Part shown: positions 18,173-27,081 of the stretch, piece after piece | How the letters are laid out: each line of letters starts with the position of its first letter | Position numbering within the stretch: the first letter of the stretch is position 1 | Source of the DNA: a bacterium | GTDB taxonomy: Bacteria; Patescibacteriota; Microgenomatia; JAMCZE01 | Assembly (NCBI GenBank): GCA_021788195.1 | Contig: JAJYKY010000001.1 | Location: 1-61,092, forward strand | Length of the DNA: 61,092 nt | Direction: 5' to 3' | Program-made: the position numbers and the translations under genes | The notes under the pieces: model-generated | Told to the model about the DNA's origin: nothing | Seen by the model: only the letters and a program-made list of their open reading frames with translations | The model's database searches: none

Positions 18173-18201
18173 TTGACATGACTTTGTAAAGTTTTTATCA
18201 T
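18173..18201 (+). promoter_or_regulatory. Sigma70-type promoter for the DUF3048-secDF unit
   Basis: TTGACA (18173-18178), 17-nt spacer, TATCAT (18196-18201). The -10 box abuts the ORF-track GTG at 18202, arguing for a downstream start. Confidence 0.5.
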
Positions 18202-18243
18202 GTGAATACTAATTTTATTCATTCGGGGAACTCTATAAATTTT

Positions 18244-19461
18244 ATGGACCGGAAAATTTTTTTTGTTTTAACGGGGCTGTTTCTGGGAGTTTATCTTTTA
18301 TCGGCCGGGCTTTCCTATGCCGCTTTTACTATCATTAAGCCTTTCCCCAATCTCCCGGTAATCCAGTCTCCGATCGCTAAAAATACCGACAACACGAAAA
18401 GTAAATTCAAGTATGACCCGACTTTACCACGGACGGAAGAATGCCCTCTTAACGGCGCAATGTACAGCAAACCCCAAAAAGAGGCTTGGAGTCAGCGCCG
18501 GCCGATGGGGATAATGATTGAAAACAGCAAGGCTGCCCGGCCGCAATCCGGCTTGTCCTCGGCCGATATTGTCTACGAAGCGGAAGCTGAAGGGGGCATC
18601 ACCCGGTTTATGGGCGTGTTCTACTGCCAGGATGCGGATTTTGTCGGACCGATAAGGTCAGCCCGGACTTATTATCTGGATTACATTTCTGAATATGGGC
18701 AAAGTCCGCTTTATGTCCATGTCGGCGGCGCTAACACCCCGGGCCCGGCCAACGCTCTGGGCCAGATTGAAAGCTACGGCTGGGGCGGCTACAACGATAT
18801 TAACCAGTTCTCCGTCGGCTTTCCGACTTTCTGGCGCGACTACGACCGGATCAAAGACGCGGCCACCGAACACACCATGTACAGCACCACGGATAAACTC
18901 TGGAGCTACGCGGCCCAGAAACGCCAACTGACCAATACGGAAACCGACAACCGAACGGGAAAAACTACCGCCTGGGATGCCGGTTTTGTAAAGTGGGCCT
19001 TCAAAAATGACGTCGATTTAGCCAGCCGGCCGCAGGCTTCTTCGGTCACTTTTTCTCTCTCCAATATTCAGGCTTCCTATGCTGACGACTATGTCGTGAA
19101 CTGGAAATATGACCGCGACAGCAACTCCTATTTGCGTTTTAACGGCGGTGTTCCCCACCTGGATTTAGACACCAATTCCCAGCTACTTGCGAAAAACGTC
19201 GTTCTTATATACACTACGCTCACAGTCGCCAATGACGGCTATAATGAGGAAGGGCACGGAACCCACATGTTGTACGGCACCAAGGGATCCGGAAAAGCCC
19301 AGTTTTTAATTGACGGAAAAATTATCGACGGCACCTGGCAGAAGAAAAACCGCCTGTCCCGAACGCTTTTCTTCGATTTGAAGGGGAATCCGATCCAATT
19401 CAACCGGGGCCAAATCTGGATCGAGCTCCTGCCCCTCGGCACGCAGATTTCCGCCAAGTAG
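18244..19461 (+). CDS. DUF3048 (YerB-like) secreted/lipoprotein-type protein
   Basis: ORF track gives 18202-19461. I prefer the ATG at 18244 (MDRKIFFVLTG... signal anchor) because the -10 box abuts 18202. RPQSGLSSADIVYEAEAEGGITRFMGVF is characteristic of DUF3048. Confidence 0.7.
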   Translation: MDRKIFFVLTGLFLGVYLLSAGLSYAAFTIIKPFPNLPVIQSPIAKNTDNTKSKFKYDPTLPRTEECPLNGAMYSKPQKEAWSQRRPMGIMIENSKAARPQSGLSSADIVYEAEAEGGITRFMGVFYCQDADFVGPIRSARTYYLDYISEYGQSPLYVHVGGANTPGPANALGQIESYGWGGYNDINQFSVGFPTFWRDYDRIKDAATEHTMYSTTDKLWSYAAQKRQLTNTETDNRTGKTTAWDAGFVKWAFKNDVDLASRPQASSVTFSLSNIQASYADDYVVNWKYDRDSNSYLRFNGGVPHLDLDTNSQLLAKNVVLIYTTLTVANDGYNEEGHGTHMLYGTKGSGKAQFLIDGKIIDGTWQKKNRLSRTLFFDLKGNPIQFNRGQIWIELLPLGTQISAK

Positions 19462-19463
19462 TT

Positions 19464-20039
19464 ATGCTTAAGGATATTATTACTTCAAAAGTCAGGATAA
19501 AACTCCTGACCGTGTTTTTAACTGCGCCGGATAATATTATTCATGTCAGGGAACTGGTCCGCCAGACCAGAGAAGAAATTAATGCCGTCCGCCGGGAACT
19601 GTCCCACATGGAAAAAGCCGGGATGGTCAAAAAGGAACCCCGGGCCAACCGTCTTTATTACCACTTTAACAAAGACTATCCTTTGTATTTTGATCTTCTG
19701 GAACTGATTGCCAAAACCAACGGTCTCGGCGGAAAGATTCTCAAGGACCGGACAAAATTGGGCCGGATTAAGTTTGCCATGCTTTCCGGAAGCTTAATCC
19801 GGGGAAAACCAGCCAATCCCGACCAGGTTGATCTTCTGGCTGTCGGGAAAATCGTTGTCCCGGAACTGGCGGCTATCGTTCGCGAGGAGGAACTGAAAAT
19901 GACCAGGGAAATTAACTATACCGTTATGTCCGAAGAAGAATTCGTTTTCCGCAAAAGCCGTCACGATCCTTTTTTAAGCTCCATTCTCGCCGGACCCCGA
20001 GTCATGATTATAGGCGACGAGGAAGAACTGGTAAAATAA
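19464..20039 (+). CDS. Winged-helix (ArsR-like) plus minimal nucleotidyltransferase-like domain protein
   Basis: 191-aa ORF. N-terminal wHTH (HVRELVRQTREEINAVRRELSHMEKAGMV). C-terminal FAMLSGSLIRGKPANPDQVDLLAVG resembles the GS-x9-DxD NTase motif. Confidence 0.45.
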   Translation: MLKDIITSKVRIKLLTVFLTAPDNIIHVRELVRQTREEINAVRRELSHMEKAGMVKKEPRANRLYYHFNKDYPLYFDLLELIAKTNGLGGKILKDRTKLGRIKFAMLSGSLIRGKPANPDQVDLLAVGKIVVPELAAIVREEELKMTREINYTVMSEEEFVFRKSRHDPFLSSILAGPRVMIIGDEEELVK

Positions 20040-20043
20040 GCTT

Positions 20044-21360
20044 ATGCATAATTCCAAAACAGTGCTCCTGGTAATTATTCTTTTGACGGCCGCCGCTGCC
20101 GTGATCGACATCCCCAAAACTTTGAAAATAAGAAATTTTACAATTAACCGGCCGAATCTTGCTGTCTCCGTCGGACCGATACAGTTTAGCCGGGATCTGA
20201 ATATCCGGGAAGGCCTGGATCTGGCCGGCGGAACTTCCTTAACCCTTTCAGCTGATATGAGCAAAATTAATCCCGCTGACCGGGACCGGGCTTTAAGCGC
20301 TTTACAAAGTGTGATCGAACGCCGGGTTAATTTTTACGGCGTCTCCGAACCGGTTATCCAGACGGCCAAAGTCGGTAACGACTACCGAATAATCGTCGAA
20401 CTGGCCGGGGTTAAAGACACCAATGAAGCCATCAATTTAATCGGCACTACGGCTAACCTGACTTTTCGGGAAGCCGTCGATGCCAGCCAGGAAGCAAAAA
20501 TTTCTACCGAAGCTGCGCGGCTTTATGGTCCCTACCAGATCGTCACCAACCTCACCGGAAGCGACCTCGCCCGGGCCGATCCGGGTTTTAACCAGCAAAC
20601 CGGCGAGCCGATCATTAACCTCCAGTTTACCGACGCGGGGGCAAAAAAATTCGAGGACATTACCCGGCGAAACCTGAACAAACAGGTAGCCATTTTCTTG
20701 GACAACGAGCTTTTAATGGCCCCCACTGTCCAATCGGTGATCACCGGCGGCCAAGCCTATATTTCCGGAAAATTCACTCCCGAACAAACGAAAAATTACG
20801 CTCTCTTACTAAACTCCGGTGCTCTGCCTGCCCCGGTAAAAATTGTTCAGCAACAAACTATCGGCGCAACGCTGGGAACGGATTCTGTCCGGGAAAGCCT
20901 GGTTGCCGGATTAATCGGTTTAACGATTGTCGCCCTGTTTATGTTGGTCAACTACGGTCAATTAGGGCTTCTGGCTGATCTGGCGTTAATTATTTATACT
21001 CTTTTGGTTTTGGCCATTTTTAAGATTTTACCAGTAACCCTAACGCTGGCCGGCATTGCCGGATTTATTCTGTCTATCGGTATGGCCGTCGACGCCAATA
21101 TTCTTATTTTTGAGCGAACAAAGGAAGAACGCCGCTGGGGAAAATCGCCTAAAGCCGCTATCGAGTTGGGGTTTTTGCGGGCCTTTCCGTCAATCCGGGA
21201 CAGTAATGTTTCTTCCCTTATTACCTGCGGAATCTTATACTGGTTCGGAACCGGAGCTGTCCGGGGCTTTGCTCTGACACTCGCCATTGGGATCTTAATT
21301 TCGCTGTTTACGGCGATTACCGTCACGCGAACATTTTTACGGATCTTTGATGCCAACTAA
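20044..21360 (+). CDS. secD: Protein-export membrane protein SecD
   Basis: 438-aa ORF. Periplasmic P1-like domain plus C-terminal 6-TM block (GIAGFILSIGMAVDANILIFER). Confidence 0.92.
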   Translation: MHNSKTVLLVIILLTAAAAVIDIPKTLKIRNFTINRPNLAVSVGPIQFSRDLNIREGLDLAGGTSLTLSADMSKINPADRDRALSALQSVIERRVNFYGVSEPVIQTAKVGNDYRIIVELAGVKDTNEAINLIGTTANLTFREAVDASQEAKISTEAARLYGPYQIVTNLTGSDLARADPGFNQQTGEPIINLQFTDAGAKKFEDITRRNLNKQVAIFLDNELLMAPTVQSVITGGQAYISGKFTPEQTKNYALLLNSGALPAPVKIVQQQTIGATLGTDSVRESLVAGLIGLTIVALFMLVNYGQLGLLADLALIIYTLLVLAIFKILPVTLTLAGIAGFILSIGMAVDANILIFERTKEERRWGKSPKAAIELGFLRAFPSIRDSNVSSLITCGILYWFGTGAVRGFALTLAIGILISLFTAITVTRTFLRIFDAN

Positions 21361-22264
21361 AATGTTTAGTTTCATGAAATACAAATGGGTTTTCTTTGCG
21401 GTTTCCGGATTGGTAATTTTGCCGGGGATTTTCTTTCTGGCCCGCTACGGCTTAAAGCTTTCCATTGATTTTACCGGCGGGACATTAATTGAAATTAAAA
21501 ACCCAAAACTGACCACCTCCAACGGTCTGACAGCAGCGAGAAATGATTTCGCCGGAGAACATATCGAAATTGCTTCCGTTTCACCAACCAGTGAAGGAAG
21601 CTACTTATTCCGGACAAAAACTATCGACAACGCCCAAAAAGAGAAACTTTTGACAAAATTAGACCAGACCATCGGCCAAACAGATATCACCCGGTTTGAT
21701 ACGGTTGGCCCGACAATCGGGGCAGAATTGACCGCTAAAGCTGTCCAGGCGGTCGTTCTGGCGGCGATCATGATGATTTTATTTATCGCCTATGCCTTCC
21801 GGGAAATTCCTCAGCCTTATAAGTCCTGGAAATTCGGCGTTACGGCGGTCGTGGCCCTTTTGCATGACGTTTTAGTCGTTGTGGGGTTGTTTTCTATCTT
21901 CGGCCACTTTTTTAACGTCGAAATCGACGCACTTTTTATTACCGCGTTACTCACGGTAATCGGCTTTAGCGTTCACGACACGATTGTCGTCTTCGACCGG
22001 GTTCGGGAAAATCTCCGAAAGTCGTCGGCCAGAACTTCTTTTTCTCAGGTGGTTGATGAATCTATCCTGCAGACTCTGGTCAGGTCGCTTTCGACATCCA
22101 TCACCGTTTTGCTCACTCTTTTAGCCCTGATTCTATTCGGCGGTGAAACTATTCACTGGTTTTGTCTGGCCCTTTTCATCGGTATCTTTTCCGGAACCTA
22201 TTCGTCCATTTTTAACGCCGCCCCGCTTTTGGTCCTTTGGGAAGAGAAAAAAAGGTCAACCTAA
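21347..22264 (+). CDS. secF: Protein-export membrane protein SecF
   Basis: 305-aa ORF. IDFTGGT motif and TM block (LLTVIGFSVHDTIVVFDRVREN). The true start may be a downstream ATG (21350, 21362 or 21374). Confidence 0.9.
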   Translation: MMPTKMFSFMKYKWVFFAVSGLVILPGIFFLARYGLKLSIDFTGGTLIEIKNPKLTTSNGLTAARNDFAGEHIEIASVSPTSEGSYLFRTKTIDNAQKEKLLTKLDQTIGQTDITRFDTVGPTIGAELTAKAVQAVVLAAIMMILFIAYAFREIPQPYKSWKFGVTAVVALLHDVLVVVGLFSIFGHFFNVEIDALFITALLTVIGFSVHDTIVVFDRVRENLRKSSARTSFSQVVDESILQTLVRSLSTSITVLLTLLALILFGGETIHWFCLALFIGIFSGTYSSIFNAAPLLVLWEEKKRST

Positions 22265-23578
22265 CTGCTCGGCTCTTTTAAGAAGATAGTCCCTTTCGTT
22301 TTTCTCGGGATTTTCGGTAATTTCTTCAAACAGTTTGTTTAGAATTTTCCCCACTTTCGGCCCCGGACCAATACCCAAAGTTTGCATGACATCATTACCG
22401 TTGACTTTCAGATCGGTGACCGAGGGAATATGTTTCTGGACTTCAATAATCCGGTCCTTAAATTGTTCCAGCCTCCAGGAAGTTTCCCGAGAACCGGAAC
22501 CCAGCCGGTCGGCAATCCGTAAATCCAACATGTCGGCCACATTTTCTTTTCCGACCCGTTTAATAAATCGGCGGATAGCTGCATCCGTCAGAAGTTCGCT
22601 GACGGTAAACATATGCCAGCGGACTAAAATGTAGAGCTTTTCCCGGTCGTCTTTCGATAAATGCCAGCGGGCGGCGATGGTTTTAGCAATTGCCGCGCCG
22701 ACCACCTCGTGGTTGTAAAAGGTCGGTTTGCCGTTGAATTCTTTATAAGTAGCCGGTTTACCGATATCGTGAATTAACGTTGCCAGCCGCACCAGCCAGG
22801 AAGAACTTTTACAAAACCGCAGGGCTTCCAGCGAGTGGGTAAAAACGTCATGAATATGGTGGCCCGGTTGTTTCATCCCGACGCCGCGGGCCAATTCGGG
22901 AAGAAGATAATCCAGCAGTCCGGCATTATAAAGCAGTTTTACGCCGTCGGCCGGATATTTTGCTGAGAGGATTTTTGTCATTTCGTCCCGGACCCGCTCG
23001 CCGCTGATTTTAGTAATCAGGGAGGCATTTTCTTTAATCGACAGAAAAGTCGCTTCGTCGATGGTAAAACATAGCTGGGTCGCCAATCTGACTGCCCGGA
23101 TCATGCGCAGAGCATCTTCCGAAAACCGGTCTTCGGGATTCCCCACCGCTTTTATCACTTTGTTTCTCAGGTCCGTTTGCCCGCCGAAAGGATCAATCAG
23201 GTGGTCTTTCAAATCCATGGCCATCGCGTTAACGGTAAAATCCCGGCGGGCTAAGTCTTCCTCGACAGTTTTTCCCCAGGAAACTTCGTCCGGGTGGCGG
23301 CGGTCGGAATATTTTCCTTCCTTTCGAAAAGTCGTAATTTCAAATATTTCTCCGTCGGCCATTTTCACCCCGACGGTTCCGAAAGCGTTGTCGTAAAAAC
23401 TTTCCGGGAAGACCGCCATTATTTGTTCCGGCGTAGCGTCAGTCGTAAAGTCCCAATCGTGATTTTCTTTCCCCGATAAAAAATCCCGGACCGACCCGCC
23501 GACAACATAAACGGCAAAACCGGCCGCCGCCATTTTCTCCATAAAACCGGAAACCTCGGGTGGCAAACTCAGCTTCAT
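22256..23578 (-). CDS. cca: CCA-adding tRNA nucleotidyltransferase with HD domain
   Basis: 440-aa ORF. VVGGSVRDFL head motif, FTVNAMA, RAVRLA, and HD domain IHDIGKP. Confidence 0.9.
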   Translation of the reverse strand: MKLSLPPEVSGFMEKMAAAGFAVYVVGGSVRDFLSGKENHDWDFTTDATPEQIMAVFPESFYDNAFGTVGVKMADGEIFEITTFRKEGKYSDRRHPDEVSWGKTVEEDLARRDFTVNAMAMDLKDHLIDPFGGQTDLRNKVIKAVGNPEDRFSEDALRMIRAVRLATQLCFTIDEATFLSIKENASLITKISGERVRDEMTKILSAKYPADGVKLLYNAGLLDYLLPELARGVGMKQPGHHIHDVFTHSLEALRFCKSSSWLVRLATLIHDIGKPATYKEFNGKPTFYNHEVVGAAIAKTIAARWHLSKDDREKLYILVRWHMFTVSELLTDAAIRRFIKRVGKENVADMLDLRIADRLGSGSRETSWRLEQFKDRIIEVQKHIPSVTDLKVNGNDVMQTLGIGPGPKVGKILNKLFEEITENPEKNERDYLLKRAEQLG

Positions 23579-23595
23579 CTTGCTATTATTCTAAC

Positions 23596-25248
23596 ATGAG
23601 ATGGGACACGTTAGCTAAACTTGAAAATAAAGAGCTATTGGAGATCTTACTGAGAAACCGGGGATTAACCCGCAAAAAAGACATCCACGAATTCCTAAAT
23701 CCACTCCCTCCGCAAAAGATTACTCCTAAATCAGTCGGAATCGATTCTGTCCAGTTAAAAAAAGCCATTGGCCGGATCAAAAAAGCCCTTAAAAGTAATG
23801 AACCGGTCGTAATTTACGGCGACTACGATGCCGACGGTATTTGTTCGACGGCTATTCTCTGGGAAACTTTAAACAGTCTCGGCGTTAAAGCGCTGCCATT
23901 TATCCCCCGGAGGGAGAAAGAAGGTTACGGTCTTTCCGTCGAAGGGTTAAAGGCCGTGGAAAAAGATCCCCTCTACAAAATCGGCAAAAATAAAGGTTTG
24001 ATTATTACTACCGACAACGGCATTGTCGCCAACAGCGCCGTTGACCACGCCAGAAAAAGGGGGGTTGACGTTATCATCGTTGACCATCACGAAAAACCAA
24101 AAAAATTGCCGAAGGCTTCGGCCATTATTCACACCACCAAACTTTGTGCCGCCGGAATCACCTATGTCTTTTCTAAAGAACTCTCTGAAAAGACGGACAG
24201 TTTTTTGGAACTGGCCACGATCGCTACGGTTACTGACCTGATGCCGTTAACCGGACCGAACCGGTCGATAGTTAAATTTGGTCTGGAAGCTTTAAACAAA
24301 ACAAAAAGAGTCGGACTGCAGTCTTTGTTCGCCGCCGCCGGCATAACTAAAATCACCCCTTACGAGATTGGTTTTATGATCGGACCCCGGCTTAATGCCT
24401 CCGGCCGGATTGAAAGCGCCCTGACCGCTCTCCGGCTTTTGTGCACTAAAGATAAGAGCAAAGCGATTGCCCTGGCTAAGACTTTGGACGAAGTTAACCG
24501 GGAGCGCCAGACGATGACGGAAGAACTGACCGCCCACGCTCTGGCCCTTACCGACGGAAACAAAAAAGACACCGACCGGATCATCATTGCCGAACATGAA
24601 AGTTATCATCAGGGAGTAATCGGGCTGATCGCCGGGAAACTGGTCGAAAAATATTACCTGCCGGCCATCGTTATTTCCAAAGGCGAAACTGTCAGTAAGG
24701 CTTCTGCCCGGTCGATTGTCGGCTTTAATATTATTGAAGCCATAAGAAGCTGTGATTCCCTACTTATTAACGCCGGCGGCCATCCGATGGCGGCCGGATT
24801 CAGCTTAGAGTCGGCAAAAATTTCCGCTTTCAGAAAAAAAATTACTGCCTTTACCAAAAAGAGTCTGGCCGGGAAAATTCCGGAAAAAACTCTGCGGGTT
24901 GATTCGGAACTGGATTTGACGGATATTGATCTGGACTTTTATAAAAATATTTCCCGACTATCCCCTTTCGGGATTGGCAACCCGGAACCGGTTTTTTCCT
25001 CCCGGGCAGAAATTGTTTCTCTTCGCCGGGTCGGAAACAGCGGAAAACATCTGAAACTGACCGTTCTTCCGGAAAATCGGGACGAGAAAACTTTTACCCT
25101 GCCTTTGGACGCCATCGCTTTTAACTTAGGCGACCTGGGAACAAAACTGCAAACCGGTGATATAATTTCTCTGGCCTACAGCGTTACTTTGGATACTTTT
25201 AACGGTAACCATAAAGTCCAGTTAAAAGTCAAAGATATCCACCGGTAA
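23596..25248 (+). CDS. recJ: Single-stranded-DNA exonuclease RecJ (copy 1)
   Basis: DHH motifs VIYGDYDADG, TTDNGI and IIVDHHE, plus DHHA1 GGHPMAAG. ORF track starts at 23560, but the ATG at 23596 has TGcTATTAT 6 nt upstream and avoids overlap with cca. Confidence 0.9.
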   Translation: MRWDTLAKLENKELLEILLRNRGLTRKKDIHEFLNPLPPQKITPKSVGIDSVQLKKAIGRIKKALKSNEPVVIYGDYDADGICSTAILWETLNSLGVKALPFIPRREKEGYGLSVEGLKAVEKDPLYKIGKNKGLIITTDNGIVANSAVDHARKRGVDVIIVDHHEKPKKLPKASAIIHTTKLCAAGITYVFSKELSEKTDSFLELATIATVTDLMPLTGPNRSIVKFGLEALNKTKRVGLQSLFAAAGITKITPYEIGFMIGPRLNASGRIESALTALRLLCTKDKSKAIALAKTLDEVNRERQTMTEELTAHALALTDGNKKDTDRIIIAEHESYHQGVIGLIAGKLVEKYYLPAIVISKGETVSKASARSIVGFNIIEAIRSCDSLLINAGGHPMAAGFSLESAKISAFRKKITAFTKKSLAGKIPEKTLRVDSELDLTDIDLDFYKNISRLSPFGIGNPEPVFSSRAEIVSLRRVGNSGKHLKLTVLPENRDEKTFTLPLDAIAFNLGDLGTKLQTGDIISLAYSVTLDTFNGNHKVQLKVKDIHR

Positions 25249-25284
25249 TTTCTGCCCCGAATTTCTGCCCCAATTAAATTTAAA

Positions 25285-27081
25285 ATGTTCTGGAAAAGAG
25301 AATACTGTCCGGAAAATTTTCGTCCGGAAGAACTGACAGTTTTTAGCCTGCGGGATATTTTATTAAGCCTCAGGGGGATTAAAACCCCTGCCGAAAGGGA
25401 AGCCTTTTTAAATCCCCCGGATCCCCGATTATTAAGACCTGAACAGACAGGCATTAATCCCCGGGAAACGGACAAAGCTGTTGACCGAATATTTATGGCC
25501 ATCGAAAATAATGAGCCGATCGTCGTTTACGGCGACTACGATGTTGACGGTTGTTCCGGAACTGCCATTCTTTGGGAAAACCTTTTTTATGTGTTTAAGG
25601 CTCACGCCCTGCCATTTATCCCGGACCGGGAAACTGACGGTTTCGGCTTAACCGTCGAGGGTCTGAAAAAAATTTATGCCGATTCCCGTTACCAATTAAA
25701 CGGCGAAAAGAAAGGGGGTCTGATTGTTACGGTCGACAACGGCATCACTAAAAACAAAGCCATTGATTTTGCCAAAGAGCACAGTCAGGACGTCATTGTT
25801 GTCGACCACCACGACAAACCCTTAGACGAGCCTTCACACGCCCAGGCTGTCATTCACACTCTGGATCTTTGCGCCGCCGGTGTCAGCTATTTTTTAACCA
25901 GAGAGCTTTTACAAAGAAAGGGTAAAAAGCCACGCTTTGATCCTCTGGATTTAGTCGCCCTGGCTACTGTGGCTGACATCGTTCCCTTGACAAAACACAA
26001 CCGGGCTTTCACCAAACACGGTCTGGAAATTCTCCGAGAAAGCAAAAGACCCGGAATTGCCGCCATTTGCCAGGCTGCCGGCCTGGATCAAACAAAAATT
26101 GATACCGTCGACATCGGTTACAAAATCGGGCCGCGGCTTAATGCGGCGGGAAGATTGGAGTCAGCCATAATCTCTTTAAGAGCTCTCTGCGAAAGAGACC
26201 CGGGGAAAGCCCTCCGGTTAGCTTCTCAACTGGAAACAGCCAACGACCAGCGCCAAAAAGTTCAGAAAGAAAGTTATTTAAAGTTAAAAGAGGCGATTAG
26301 CCGGCGGCGGCAGGCGGCCACTACCGACGGAAGCGAGGAACTGGTTTTTGTCGAAGTGGGACCTTACCCCGAGGGAGTTATCGGACTTTTGGCCGGGGAT
26401 CTGGTTAAAGATTATCACCGGGTAGCCATGGTCCTGACGGAAACGGTCGAACCGGGAATTTACAAAGCCTCCGTTCGGTCGATAAAAGGCTTTAATGTCA
26501 CCGAAGCTTTGGAAAAGTGCCGGGATTTACTTATCGAACCGGGTGGCCACGAAATGGCGGCCGGGTTTAAAATCCGGGGAGAAAACGTTGCCGAATTTAA
26601 AAAAAGAATTAACACCCTGGCCGCTGAAAAGTTGACTCCGGAAATGCTGGAAAAGAAAATCAAAGTGGACTGTGAACTGCCGATAAACAAAATTAATTTT
26701 GAAATTTTTAAAATGATTGAAAGCCTCGGACCATTCGGTCAGGAAAATCCCCGCCCGGTCTTTAGTGCCCGGGTAGAAATCTCTGATTTTCAGATTCTTT
26801 TGGACAAAAACGAAAATGCCAAAGCCCGTAAGCCGACCCATTTTAAATTTACCGCCCGGGAGATAATCCCCGGAGAGAAGAACCCCATGGTAAAATTAAA
26901 GCGCCGGCCGGTAGCTTTTAAAGTGATCGGTTTTAATAAAGCCGACCTGGCTAATAAATTTGCCCCCGGCGAAACTGTTCGGATTTCCTATTCTTTGCAA
27001 TTAAACACCTATAATGGTAACGGTTTAGGCAGTCTGGAATTGGAAATTGCCGATATCAAGAAAGATGGAGAACCTGATTAA
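25285..27081 (+). CDS. RecJ-family exonuclease paralog (copy 2)
   Basis: 598-aa ORF, collinear with copy 1. VVYGDYDVDG, TVDNGI, VVVDHHD, GGHEMAAG. Carries extra internal and C-terminal insertions. Confidence 0.88.
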   Translation: MFWKREYCPENFRPEELTVFSLRDILLSLRGIKTPAEREAFLNPPDPRLLRPEQTGINPRETDKAVDRIFMAIENNEPIVVYGDYDVDGCSGTAILWENLFYVFKAHALPFIPDRETDGFGLTVEGLKKIYADSRYQLNGEKKGGLIVTVDNGITKNKAIDFAKEHSQDVIVVDHHDKPLDEPSHAQAVIHTLDLCAAGVSYFLTRELLQRKGKKPRFDPLDLVALATVADIVPLTKHNRAFTKHGLEILRESKRPGIAAICQAAGLDQTKIDTVDIGYKIGPRLNAAGRLESAIISLRALCERDPGKALRLASQLETANDQRQKVQKESYLKLKEAISRRRQAATTDGSEELVFVEVGPYPEGVIGLLAGDLVKDYHRVAMVLTETVEPGIYKASVRSIKGFNVTEALEKCRDLLIEPGGHEMAAGFKIRGENVAEFKKRINTLAAEKLTPEMLEKKIKVDCELPINKINFEIFKMIESLGPFGQENPRPVFSARVEISDFQILLDKNENAKARKPTHFKFTAREIIPGEKNPMVKLKRRPVAFKVIGFNKADLANKFAPGETVRISYSLQLNTYNGNGLGSLELEIADIKKDGEPD

